Shown piece by piece: positions 8,663 to 16,562 of a DNA stretch of 53,420 bases. Positions within the stretch are counted from its first letter, which is position 1. Each line of letters starts with the position of its first letter. Source of the DNA: Candidatus Peribacteraceae bacterium (lineage in GTDB: Bacteria > Patescibacteriota > Gracilibacteria > Peribacterales > Peribacteraceae); the NCBI GenBank assembly GCA_028712095.1, contig JAQTQU010000002.1, positions 1 through 53,420 on the forward strand, given 5' to 3'. The notes beneath the pieces were generated by a model that was not told the origin of the DNA, did not search any database, and saw only the letters and a program-made list of their open reading frames with translations. The translations under genes were made by a program, and so were the position numbers.

Positions 8663-10402
8663 TTACGGGGCGCTCGTCTCCCAGTTCAGATTGATGAATC
8701 CGGCATCGGCGCTGCCGGCGCTGGTCGTCGACATCTTGACGAAGAGCGTGATGTAGCCGCCCTTCGTGTACGTGCCCGCCGCCTCCGGCCCCGTGACGGT
8801 CGCCGTGGTCCAGCTGGTCGCGGCCAGACTCTCGCCGCCGGTGAGCGTCACTTTCGCTCCCGCAGTATCCAGCATGCGCAGCGAGGCGTAGTTCACCGCG
8901 TTCGAGGCGTCGGTGGTGCGGTAGCGGAACTGCACGGGCAGATTGGCATCCCAGGTCGAGAAGTTATCCGGCACGCGCACCCGCGCGACGATCCAGTACT
9001 CCTGCAGCTCGGCCTTGGAGGATGTCCAGTGGTAGTAATTCTCCTTATTCGTCGCATCGAAGGCGTACGACAGCTGTCCGATGAAATTGGTTCCGCTGCC
9101 GGTGTAGACCGCATGCGGGTACTCGGGGCTCAGAAAGACCACGCCGCCGCTCCCCACGCCCACCGAGGCGGCAGTCCATGACAGCGTACCCGCGCCATCC
9201 GTCGTGAGCGTCTGGCCATTGGCACCGGCACTGTCCGGGAAGGTGTACGCGACACCGTTGAGTTTGAGCGTCCCGCCGATGGCTGCATTGCCCTCAATGG
9301 CGAGCGCGCCGCTGCCGGCAATGGTGTCGGTCGCGCTGAGCTGGCCTGTCACCGCCAAATCATCCGAGAGCTCGAACCGGTTCGACGTGTCGTTGAACCG
9401 GAGCGTCTCGGCCCCGGCGTCATTGCCGAACGTGAGGACGGCATCGGCGGCGCCGTTGTCGGAATTGATCGTCAGATTCGTATTGGTGATCAGCGAGCCG
9501 GAGGCGTTGAGTCCTCCGCCGTTGCTGATGGTGAGCGCGCCGGTCATGGTGTCGCCGCTGCGGTTGACGTAGCGATTGTCCACAATGGAAGGATCGAAGA
9601 GAACGCCGTCATTGTTCGTGTAGACATTGGTCACATCAAGCAGCAGCGACTCGAGCTCCGATTCCGAGTCGATCTCACCGCTCGTGATGATGTTCACGGC
9701 ACCCACCTGCGTCTCGAGTTCGGACATGTCGTCCATTTCCGACTCTTCGATCACGTCCACGCAGTTTCCGTCGCCGTCCAAGTACTGGTCGGCGCCGCAG
9801 AGCGTCTGGGCATTGGTATTGGTATCGGTGTCGATATCGGTACTCCACGACAGATGACCGGCGCCGTCGGTCTTGAGCACTTTGCCCGATGCCGTGCCGT
9901 CACTGCCCGGAAACGAGTAGGTGACCCCGCCGATTCTGATCGTGGAGCCGAAGGCCGCGGCGCCCTCCACCGCCAGCGCGCCGGATGCCGAGAGATTGCC
10001 GTCCAGCAGCGTTGCTCCCGAAACGGACAGATTGCCCCAGATGTCGGCGTTCGTATCGACCCGCAAGGCCGCGCCGGACATCACCTGCCTGACCGAGAGC
10101 GATCCGGTGGCCGTGACGGAACCGCCGACGAAGATGCCGCGGCTGAATTCAAACCGGTGAGCCGTCACGTTAAAGATGACCGACTCCCGCAGTGCATCGC
10201 CGAAGCGAAGCTCGATATTGGTCGTACCGTCTCCGTCATCAATCGTATTGAAGGATTCCGTGTTCACCAGCAGCGTCGGATTCCAGATCGATGCCGCCGT
10301 CACCCCCGCAGGCATCCCCAACGCCCCGCAGAGCAACACCGCGAAGACGCAGGGGCGCACCACGGTTCTCCACATCCGGTGCTGAAAAGAGAAAGATTGC
10401 AT
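8663..10402 (-). CDS. Secreted fibre/adhesin-like protein (579 aa)
   Basis: Signal peptide VFAVLLCGALGMPAGVTAAS. It has the same post-signal head module as 3017..7039. There are two GV[TA]Y[ST]FP.S.G..G..L.TDGAG.LSW motifs. The C-terminal domain is shared with 10503..12089. Confidence 0.85.
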   Translation of the reverse strand: MQSFSFQHRMWRTVVRPCVFAVLLCGALGMPAGVTAASIWNPTLLVNTESFNTIDDGDGTTNIELRFGDALRESVIFNVTAHRFEFSRGIFVGGSVTATGSLSVRQVMSGAALRVDTNADIWGNLSVSGATLLDGNLSASGALAVEGAAAFGSTIRIGGVTYSFPGSDGTASGKVLKTDGAGHLSWSTDIDTDTNTNAQTLCGADQYLDGDGNCVDVIEESEMDDMSELETQVGAVNIITSGEIDSESELESLLLDVTNVYTNNDGVLFDPSIVDNRYVNRSGDTMTGALTISNGGGLNASGSLITNTNLTINSDNGAADAVLTFGNDAGAETLRFNDTSNRFELSDDLAVTGQLSATDTIAGSGALAIEGNAAIGGTLKLNGVAYTFPDSAGANGQTLTTDGAGTLSWTAASVGVGSGGVVFLSPEYPHAVYTGSGTNFIGQLSYAFDATNKENYYHWTSSKAELQEYWIVARVRVPDNFSTWDANLPVQFRYRTTDASNAVNYASLRMLDTAGAKVTLTGGESLAATSWTTATVTGPEAAGTYTKGGYITLFVKMSTTSAGSADAGFINLNWETSAP

Positions 10403-10422
10403 GTGAGATTTGTTTTCTCTCT

Positions 10423-10451
10423 AGTATACATTTTTCTGTCTTTTCTGTCAT
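10423..10451 (-). promoter_or_regulatory. Candidate sigma70-type promoter for 8663..10402
   Basis: On the minus strand: ATGACA (10451..10446), a 17-nt spacer, TATACT (10428..10423), then a 20-nt leader to ATG 10402. Confidence 0.4.
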
Positions 10452-10502
10452 AACGAACAAATTGACCTGCAAGAATATCCATGGTGTATTCATCGGTGTT
10501 CC

Positions 10503-12089
10503 TCATTCCGATAACATCTCGGCAAAGCGCACGGAGAGCTGCCCCACCTGCACAGAAGCGTTCTCTTTGGCTGCAAACGTCAGCCGGATCAGCATTTCGC
10601 CGCCCGCTGTCCACGTGGGCGAACCGGCAAAACCCCACGTGGCCGTGGCCCAGTCCGTCGAGACCAGCGAAGAGGAACCCGACCCCGTGAGCGTGACCGC
10701 GGCCCCCGCCGTATCGTACACCTGCACGGCCAATGCGCTGTTCAGTGCGCTGGAGGAAGTGGTGCGGTAGACGAGAGAAAGAGGAGCCGTCCCCCATCGC
10801 GTGAAATCGGAGGAAACAGGCACGCGCAGCAGAATGCCGTAATCCTGCAGCGTAGAGCGTGTGGAAGACCAGTCATAGAAATTGCGCAGTGTGCTGCCCG
10901 AATGGCCCACGCTGAGCTGCCCCACGTTGTCCGTGCCGTCCCCCTGATAGGCGGCTCCTTCGTAGAGCGGTTCAAAAACCTTCACGATCGTGCGCTGCGC
11001 ATCGTTGCTGTTGAAGACGCGACGATCCACCACCGATGTCACCGCTCCGCCGGAAGCCTGTGCCGTCGCAACGGGGATGATGGCGGAATCGGCCGGAAAA
11101 CCCGTGGTATTCACCGTCAGTCCGCCGGACGAGAAGAAGATGTAATTCGTCGCATCGTCCGCTACCGCAACGGCATTGTCGCCGGCAAATTGAGTGACGA
11201 CTCCCCCCAGACGGTAATCCCCGCGCGCCACGGTGACCGTGAGCGCCGCACCGGAAGAGACCTTGAGATGCGAATTGTCGGTGGAACTGGTGATCTGGGT
11301 GAGATCGACGCCGTTGATGAGGCCCGTCACCGTCAGGTTGCCCTGCACCCTGAGATCATCGTTAAAATCAAACCGGCCGTTCGGAATATCATAAATGAGT
11401 GACTTGCCGAGAGCATCGCCGAACGTAAGACTGATGTTCCCGTCTGCAACGGAATCATCCGCATCGATGGTGAACGTGTCGCGCGTAGTCCCGCCGGGCA
11501 CCTGCGAGAGATCGAGCAGCCCCCCGCTCCCGAGCACCGGGATCGAACCGCTGCCCGTGCCGGCATGCCGCTGGTCGAGCAGGTCGGCATTGAGCGCAAA
11601 CGGTACGGCAAGGAGCGGCGCGCGGTCTATGGTGTCGCTGGCGGCATCCTGATCGAGCACTTCGTACGCGGTCGCGGCATCCGCGGCGGCTTTCACCTCC
11701 ACCTGCAGATGGAGCGAAGCCAGAGCGGATGCGGAGAACGCGGCAAAATCCGGCAGCGTGACACCGCTGCCCAGCTGTACCGAGAAGTACCCGCGCGCAT
11801 CGGGGGTGACGGTGAAGGCATCTTTCCATCCGGCATACGTACTTGCCGAGGTATGGATCGCACCGGTGCCGGTGACATCGCCGGTCACGTAGTCCGCGCT
11901 TGTCCACAAACTGAAACGAATCGTGTGCGCCGTCGTCACGGCGGTGCCGTTCGCGTCGAGCAGGTGTCCGTTGTAGACGAAAACCTGCGGTCCCGAAGCC
12001 GCAAACACGGAACTGCTTTCTGCCACCAGAGCGATCCCGGCAACGATGCAGAAGATGGGGAACCAGTGCTGAATCATCTGACGCTTCAT
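10503..12089 (-). CDS. Secreted fibre/adhesin-like protein, paralogous C-terminal domain to 8663..10402
   Basis: I chose ATG 12089 (MKRQMIQHWFPIFCIVAGIALVAESSSVFAAS, a signal peptide). It overlaps the stop of the upstream gene by 4 nt. The longer tracked ORF (to 12269) would overlap that gene by about 180 nt. Confidence 0.8.
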   Translation of the reverse strand: MKRQMIQHWFPIFCIVAGIALVAESSSVFAASGPQVFVYNGHLLDANGTAVTTAHTIRFSLWTSADYVTGDVTGTGAIHTSASTYAGWKDAFTVTPDARGYFSVQLGSGVTLPDFAAFSASALASLHLQVEVKAAADAATAYEVLDQDAASDTIDRAPLLAVPFALNADLLDQRHAGTGSGSIPVLGSGGLLDLSQVPGGTTRDTFTIDADDSVADGNISLTFGDALGKSLIYDIPNGRFDFNDDLRVQGNLTVTGLINGVDLTQITSSTDNSHLKVSSGAALTVTVARGDYRLGGVVTQFAGDNAVAVADDATNYIFFSSGGLTVNTTGFPADSAIIPVATAQASGGAVTSVVDRRVFNSNDAQRTIVKVFEPLYEGAAYQGDGTDNVGQLSVGHSGSTLRNFYDWSSTRSTLQDYGILLRVPVSSDFTRWGTAPLSLVYRTTSSSALNSALAVQVYDTAGAAVTLTGSGSSSLVSTDWATATWGFAGSPTWTAGGEMLIRLTFAAKENASVQVGQLSVRFAEMLSE

Positions 12090-12871
12090 CGCTTTCGAGG
12101 AGAATGCCTTCGTGCGCGACGAAGGCGACGCAGGATGAAGACAACGACGAAAATCTGCAGCACCACACAGAGCATTCCAATGGAGAGTTTCCATGTCATC
12201 GTACCGTTCCCGTCTCCGATCAGATTCGCCGAAAGCGTACTCAGCAAGCGCTGCTTGTAGTGAAGCCACTGCGAACCAAGCTTACGCAACGGTGTGGACA
12301 AACGGAGTGTTTCCACCGGCTGGCGGTAGTGGTGGGGAGGAACGCCACCAACGGAAGGGATGACGGACGATTCGCTACCGGCCGGTGTCGACTCTGCAGG
12401 CAGAGCACTCCCGCGACGAGGTTCAGGAACAGGCGGTCGCAGAATCGAAATTGTCCCTCCCACTGGCCTTTGAATCGGATATGAAGGAACTGTGGTCCCG
12501 TGTCCGCGATGCCCGCCGGCAACAGGACGACTGGATGCCGATTGGGTCGCTCCCTCCCCTGCACCGGATGAGGCGCTGGAGCTGGAACTGGCAACAGGAG
12601 GCGGCGCAGTGACAATCTGAAAATGCGTACTGGCGACAGGTTCGGCCACCCACGTCACCCCGTTCTCGTTGAAGAGAAAGGAATCGGAACGATCGGGTGC
12701 CGGATTCGCGGCATTCGGAAAAGAATCGTACAGGCGGTACGACGTACTCTCCGCAGCAGAGACGGACGTTCCACTGCACAGCAGATACAGTGCGATGATC
12801 GCGAGACACCGCTGCGACAGCGCACGGAGAGGGAGGGACACGGGCCGGCAGATGACACTTTTTGTATTCAT
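12086..12871 (-). CDS. Secreted protein with Ser/Pro-rich linker and a C-terminal TM helix plus basic tail
   Basis: Signal peptide LAIIALYLLCSGTSVSAAE. C-terminus WKLSIGMLCVVLQIFVVVFILRRLRRARRHSPRKR. ATG 12871 sits 9 nt below a TATAAT box. ATG 12904 and 12895 are alternative starts. Confidence 0.65.
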   Translation of the reverse strand: MNTKSVICRPVSLPLRALSQRCLAIIALYLLCSGTSVSAAESTSYRLYDSFPNAANPAPDRSDSFLFNENGVTWVAEPVASTHFQIVTAPPPVASSSSSASSGAGEGATQSASSRPVAGGHRGHGTTVPSYPIQRPVGGTISILRPPVPEPRRGSALPAESTPAGSESSVIPSVGGVPPHHYRQPVETLRLSTPLRKLGSQWLHYKQRLLSTLSANLIGDGNGTMTWKLSIGMLCVVLQIFVVVFILRRLRRARRHSPRKR

Positions 12872-13003
12872 GTTATTTTCATTATATTTTAACATTTTTA
12901 ACATAATTAGTCTATACCTCCCCGAGACAGGTAAACCGGTGCCGAATCACGGTTTGCGCTCATTTTGCAGGGCTGTTACGATGTCACCGTTCCCCACGCC
13001 TCC

Positions 13004-14044
13004 ATGCATTTCCAGAAGCTCACATCCGCCATACTCTCGGGCGTTCTTGCGGTTTCCGCCTTCCTGCCCGGCATAGCGGCTGCGGCAGAAACGACGGCCT
13101 TCAAAGATGTCCCCGCGGGTTCCGCAATCGCCGAGGCCGCAGAATACCTGCGATCCGTGGAAGTATTGAGCGGGTATCCGGATGGCACGTTTCGCCCCGA
13201 TCAGAAGGTCAACCGTGCCGAGGCGATCAAGATCATCATTGGCCCCCTGCTCAAGAAAGAAGCCCTCGATCAGCTCACCTCTACTCCCTTCTCCGACATC
13301 AAAACAGGAGAATGGTACCTGCCCTTCGTCGAAGCAGCGCGGCAGAACAATATCGTTGACGGACCTCCGGCGAAAACATCATTCAACGGCACGCAGCCGG
13401 TGACGAAAATGGAATTCATCAAGATGATCCTGCTTGCGTACCGCATCGACCCCAACGCGTACAGCGAAATCCTCCTGCCGCTCTCATCCGATGTCACCGA
13501 CCCGACCGCGTGGTATTACCCTTACCTGCGCTACGCCCTCACCGCCTCGATGACGATGATCACAAGCGAGGGCACGTTCGATCCGGGTCGTGAGCTCACG
13601 CGCGGCGATACCGCCCTCATCCTGTATCGCTTCCTCATGTACCGCAACGGCAAGCGCACGCAGGCGCTCCTCTCGGAGGCCGAGAGCGAAATCCTCATCG
13701 TCCTCGGCAGTCTGCAGGAGAACAATCCCGAACAGGCGGAATTTGCCTCGGCCCGCGCTCTGCTGGCCGCCCGCGGCGCGAATGCGGGAGCCCCCAATCA
13801 GCCGCTCGTGCAGGGAGCGCTCAAGATCACCGAAGCGTTCCGCGCCATCGTCCGCGCGTACCGCGCAGGAATCAACCAGCAATTCGACGAGACCATCCGC
13901 CTCTGCGGGGATGCGTGGAACCTCGCCACACGCGGCAAAGAACTGAGTCCCGGACTTGCGAACCTCAGTGATCAGGTGCAGACACTCGCCAAGAACCTCG
14001 CCGAGAGCGCGCGGGCCGCGAAGGCCGCCCCCGCCTCCCCATGA
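13004..14044 (+). CDS. SLH-domain protein
   Basis: After the signal peptide (SAILSGVLAVSAFLPGIAAAAE) comes FKDVPAGSAIAEAAEYLRSVEVLSGYPDGTFRPDQKVNRAEAIKII, a typical S-layer-homology motif. The rest of the protein is helical. Confidence 0.8.
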   Translation: MHFQKLTSAILSGVLAVSAFLPGIAAAAETTAFKDVPAGSAIAEAAEYLRSVEVLSGYPDGTFRPDQKVNRAEAIKIIIGPLLKKEALDQLTSTPFSDIKTGEWYLPFVEAARQNNIVDGPPAKTSFNGTQPVTKMEFIKMILLAYRIDPNAYSEILLPLSSDVTDPTAWYYPYLRYALTASMTMITSEGTFDPGRELTRGDTALILYRFLMYRNGKRTQALLSEAESEILIVLGSLQENNPEQAEFASARALLAARGANAGAPNQPLVQGALKITEAFRAIVRAYRAGINQQFDETIRLCGDAWNLATRGKELSPGLANLSDQVQTLAKNLAESARAAKAAPASP

Positions 14045-14436
14045 CCTCCGCTGCGCCGTTCACTCCCCTCACCTTCCCGGCTGCTGTCGTGAAAGGGGCC
14101 GGTCGCGGCCGCACGATCGGGTCGCCGACGCTGAACCTCGCGCTCAACGACATCCCGAGAAACCTGAAGAGCGGCATTTACGCCTGTCGCGTCCGCTGGA
14201 ACCGCCGGACCTTTTCCGCGGCGATGCACTACGGTCCGCGGCCGGTCTTTCACGATTCTGTCGCCTGCGAAGTGCACATCATCGGTCATGTCATCCACCG
14301 CTCCCCTCTCCGAGTACGAGTGGAAATCGTCAAACGCCTCAGAAGCATCCGGGACTTTCAAACCGTGGCGCTCCTTCAGGCGCAAATTCAGCGGGATATT
14401 GAGAAAACGCGCAAAGTTTTGGGGAATAGGGAATAG
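14041..14436 (+). CDS. Stand-alone riboflavin kinase (RibF C-terminal-domain type, no FAD-synthetase domain)
   Basis: GAGRGRTIGSPTLNL...GIYACRV...HYGPRPVF...EVHIIGH...RVEIVKRLRSIRDF...LQAQIQRDI matches the bacterial riboflavin-kinase domain. The start overlaps the upstream stop (ATGA). Confidence 0.75.
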   Translation: MTSAAPFTPLTFPAAVVKGAGRGRTIGSPTLNLALNDIPRNLKSGIYACRVRWNRRTFSAAMHYGPRPVFHDSVACEVHIIGHVIHRSPLRVRVEIVKRLRSIRDFQTVALLQAQIQRDIEKTRKVLGNRE

Positions 14437-14532
14437 GACTTCGGAAAACGCAATCCAGAAAGGGACAAATAGCCGTCCTATGTCCGAATCCCGAATCCCG
14501 ATTCCCCCGCTCCATGCTATTCTGATCTCTCA

Positions 14533-15891
14533 ATGCGTTCTCTCCTCCGCGCCCTCAAAAAGGCCATCCCCAAGCGTCACCCCGTGCGCCTCGCCTGGCA
14601 CCACGTCAAGGCGTTCGTGGCAACACTCCTGAATGGCTTTCCGGCACGGAAACTCACGATCATCGGTATCACGGGGACGGACGGCAAGACGACCACTGTC
14701 GGCATGGTCGCGCACATCCTCACCGCAACAGGTATCAAAGCCGGCGCACTCTCGACGGCATTTCTGCAGGTGGAGAACGAACGCGAGTGGAATGCCACGC
14801 AGAAGACATCCCCTTCCCCGTTCCTCATTCAGAAATTTCTGCGCTCTCTCGTGCGCGCCGGATGCACGCACGCTGTTCTCGAAGTCTCGTCGCACGGGCT
14901 CGTGCAGGGGCGCCTCGGCTCCACGTGGCCGCTCGTCGGCGCCGTGACCAATGTGACACCGGAACACCTCGATTACCACGGCACGCTCGATCAGTACCGC
15001 CGCGACAAGGGATTACTCTTTGCGATGCTCCGAACGAACGGAACAAAAGTGCTCAACCGCGACGATGCGAGCACCGCGCTGTTCGAACAGATCCCGACCA
15101 TGCACACACTGACATACGGACATACGGAGTCGGCAGACCTGTGGATCACCGATATCCGGCCGACCCTCACCGGCTCCACCGCCGTCCTCCACGCGCAACC
15201 GCAAACGAGCAACCCGCCTTCGTCCGCTGCGGCAGACTACGGACGGGCAGGCGAGTCAACGTGCAACGTGCAACGATCCATTACCTTCCCCCTCTCCCTC
15301 ACAATCCCCGGCGCCTTCAATCTCGAGAACGCCTGCTGCGCCATCGCATGCGCTCAGGCTGTCGGTATTCCCGTTCAGCAATCCGTCGATGCCCTCAAGA
15401 CATTCTCGGGCATCGCCGGGCGCATGGAACGCATCGACGAGGGACAGCCCTTCGCCGTGTTCGTGGATTTCACCGTCACGCCTGCCGCGTATGAAAAGAC
15501 CCTCACGACCCTGCGCACGATGCTTCCCGCAGGCAGGCGCATCCTCGTCCTCACGGGCAGCTGCGGGGATCGCATGCGCGAGAAGCGCCCGATCGTCGGC
15601 CGATTGTGCTCCGAACTCGCCGACGTGGTGGTGGTGACGAATGAAGATCCCTACACCGAGGATCCGCAGAAAATCATCGACGAAGTGTGGGCCGGCATTG
15701 ATCCGACGAAGACGGAAGCGCACAGGATCTTCGACCGGCGGGAGGCCATTGCGTTCCTCTTCGATCATGCACAGCCGGGCGACGCCGTGATACTCTGCGC
15801 CAAGGGCAGCGACACCACCATGATGACCGCAGTGGGGCAGATTCCGTGGAACGAGCGCGCGATCGCGCGGGAACTCCTGCGCAAGCGATAA
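14533..15891 (+). CDS. murE: Mur ligase, MurE-like (UDP-MurNAc-tripeptide synthetase)
   Basis: Diagnostic matches include ITGTDGKTTT (P-loop), EVSSHGLVQGR, VTNVTPEHLDYHG and VVTNEDPYTEDP. Confidence 0.75.
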   Translation: MRSLLRALKKAIPKRHPVRLAWHHVKAFVATLLNGFPARKLTIIGITGTDGKTTTVGMVAHILTATGIKAGALSTAFLQVENEREWNATQKTSPSPFLIQKFLRSLVRAGCTHAVLEVSSHGLVQGRLGSTWPLVGAVTNVTPEHLDYHGTLDQYRRDKGLLFAMLRTNGTKVLNRDDASTALFEQIPTMHTLTYGHTESADLWITDIRPTLTGSTAVLHAQPQTSNPPSSAAADYGRAGESTCNVQRSITFPLSLTIPGAFNLENACCAIACAQAVGIPVQQSVDALKTFSGIAGRMERIDEGQPFAVFVDFTVTPAAYEKTLTTLRTMLPAGRRILVLTGSCGDRMREKRPIVGRLCSELADVVVVTNEDPYTEDPQKIIDEVWAGIDPTKTEAHRIFDRREAIAFLFDHAQPGDAVILCAKGSDTTMMTAVGQIPWNERAIARELLRKR

Positions 15892-15908
15892 CCCCCTTCC
15901 TCTTCTCA

Positions 15909-16502
15909 ATGCCCGGAACGCAGATTTCCCAGGCCATCATCGCCGGCATCGACGAGGCGGGCCGCGGCGCACTGGCAGGACCCGTAGTTGCGGGGGCCTG
16001 CATCCTTCCGGCGGGGATTCCCCTCCCCCGGTTCATCCGCGACTCAAAGCAACTCACGCCGGATGTGCGCGAAGAAGCATTCAGCTGGATCGCCGCACAC
16101 TGCGCGTACGGCGTCGGAATTGCCGATGCGGCATTCATCGATGCACAAGGGATCCTGGCCGCGACCGAAAAAGCCATGCAGGAAGCCGTCGCCATGCTGG
16201 CGCAAACCGTACGTCCCACCTACCTGCTCGTCGACGGCCGCGACAAGTTCTGGTTCGACTACCCCCATACCGCGATCATCGACGGAGACAACATCGAGCC
16301 GTGCATCGCGGCGGCGTCCATCGTGGCCAAAGTGACGCGCGACCGGCTGATGGTGGAGCTGGATACGCAATTCCCCGCGTTCGGTTTTGCGGCGCACAAG
16401 GGGTACGGCGTTCCGGAGCACTTCGCTGCAATCGGAAAAATCGGCATGTGTGCGATCCATCGGCAGTCATTCCTGCGCAACGCATCGCAATGCAATGCGT
16501 GA
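15909..16502 (+). CDS. rnhB: Ribonuclease HII
   Basis: IAGIDEAGRGALAGPVVAGACIL plus KDSKQLT-like and SIVAKVTRD motifs. ATG 15909 was chosen just after the murE stop. Confidence 0.9.
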   Translation: MPGTQISQAIIAGIDEAGRGALAGPVVAGACILPAGIPLPRFIRDSKQLTPDVREEAFSWIAAHCAYGVGIADAAFIDAQGILAATEKAMQEAVAMLAQTVRPTYLLVDGRDKFWFDYPHTAIIDGDNIEPCIAAASIVAKVTRDRLMVELDTQFPAFGFAAHKGYGVPEHFAAIGKIGMCAIHRQSFLRNASQCNA

Positions 16503-16562
16503 GAAATGCAAGGAGTTTGAAACGGAGGGATATGGTAGGATTCGGCCCAAAGTACCTACGCC

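Noticed and set aside
10503-12269. Full 588-aa version of the tracked ORF
   Set aside because: The first 60 codons overlap the 3' end of 12086..12871 and lack a signal peptide. ATG 12089 gives a classic signal peptide and a 4-nt stop/start overlap.
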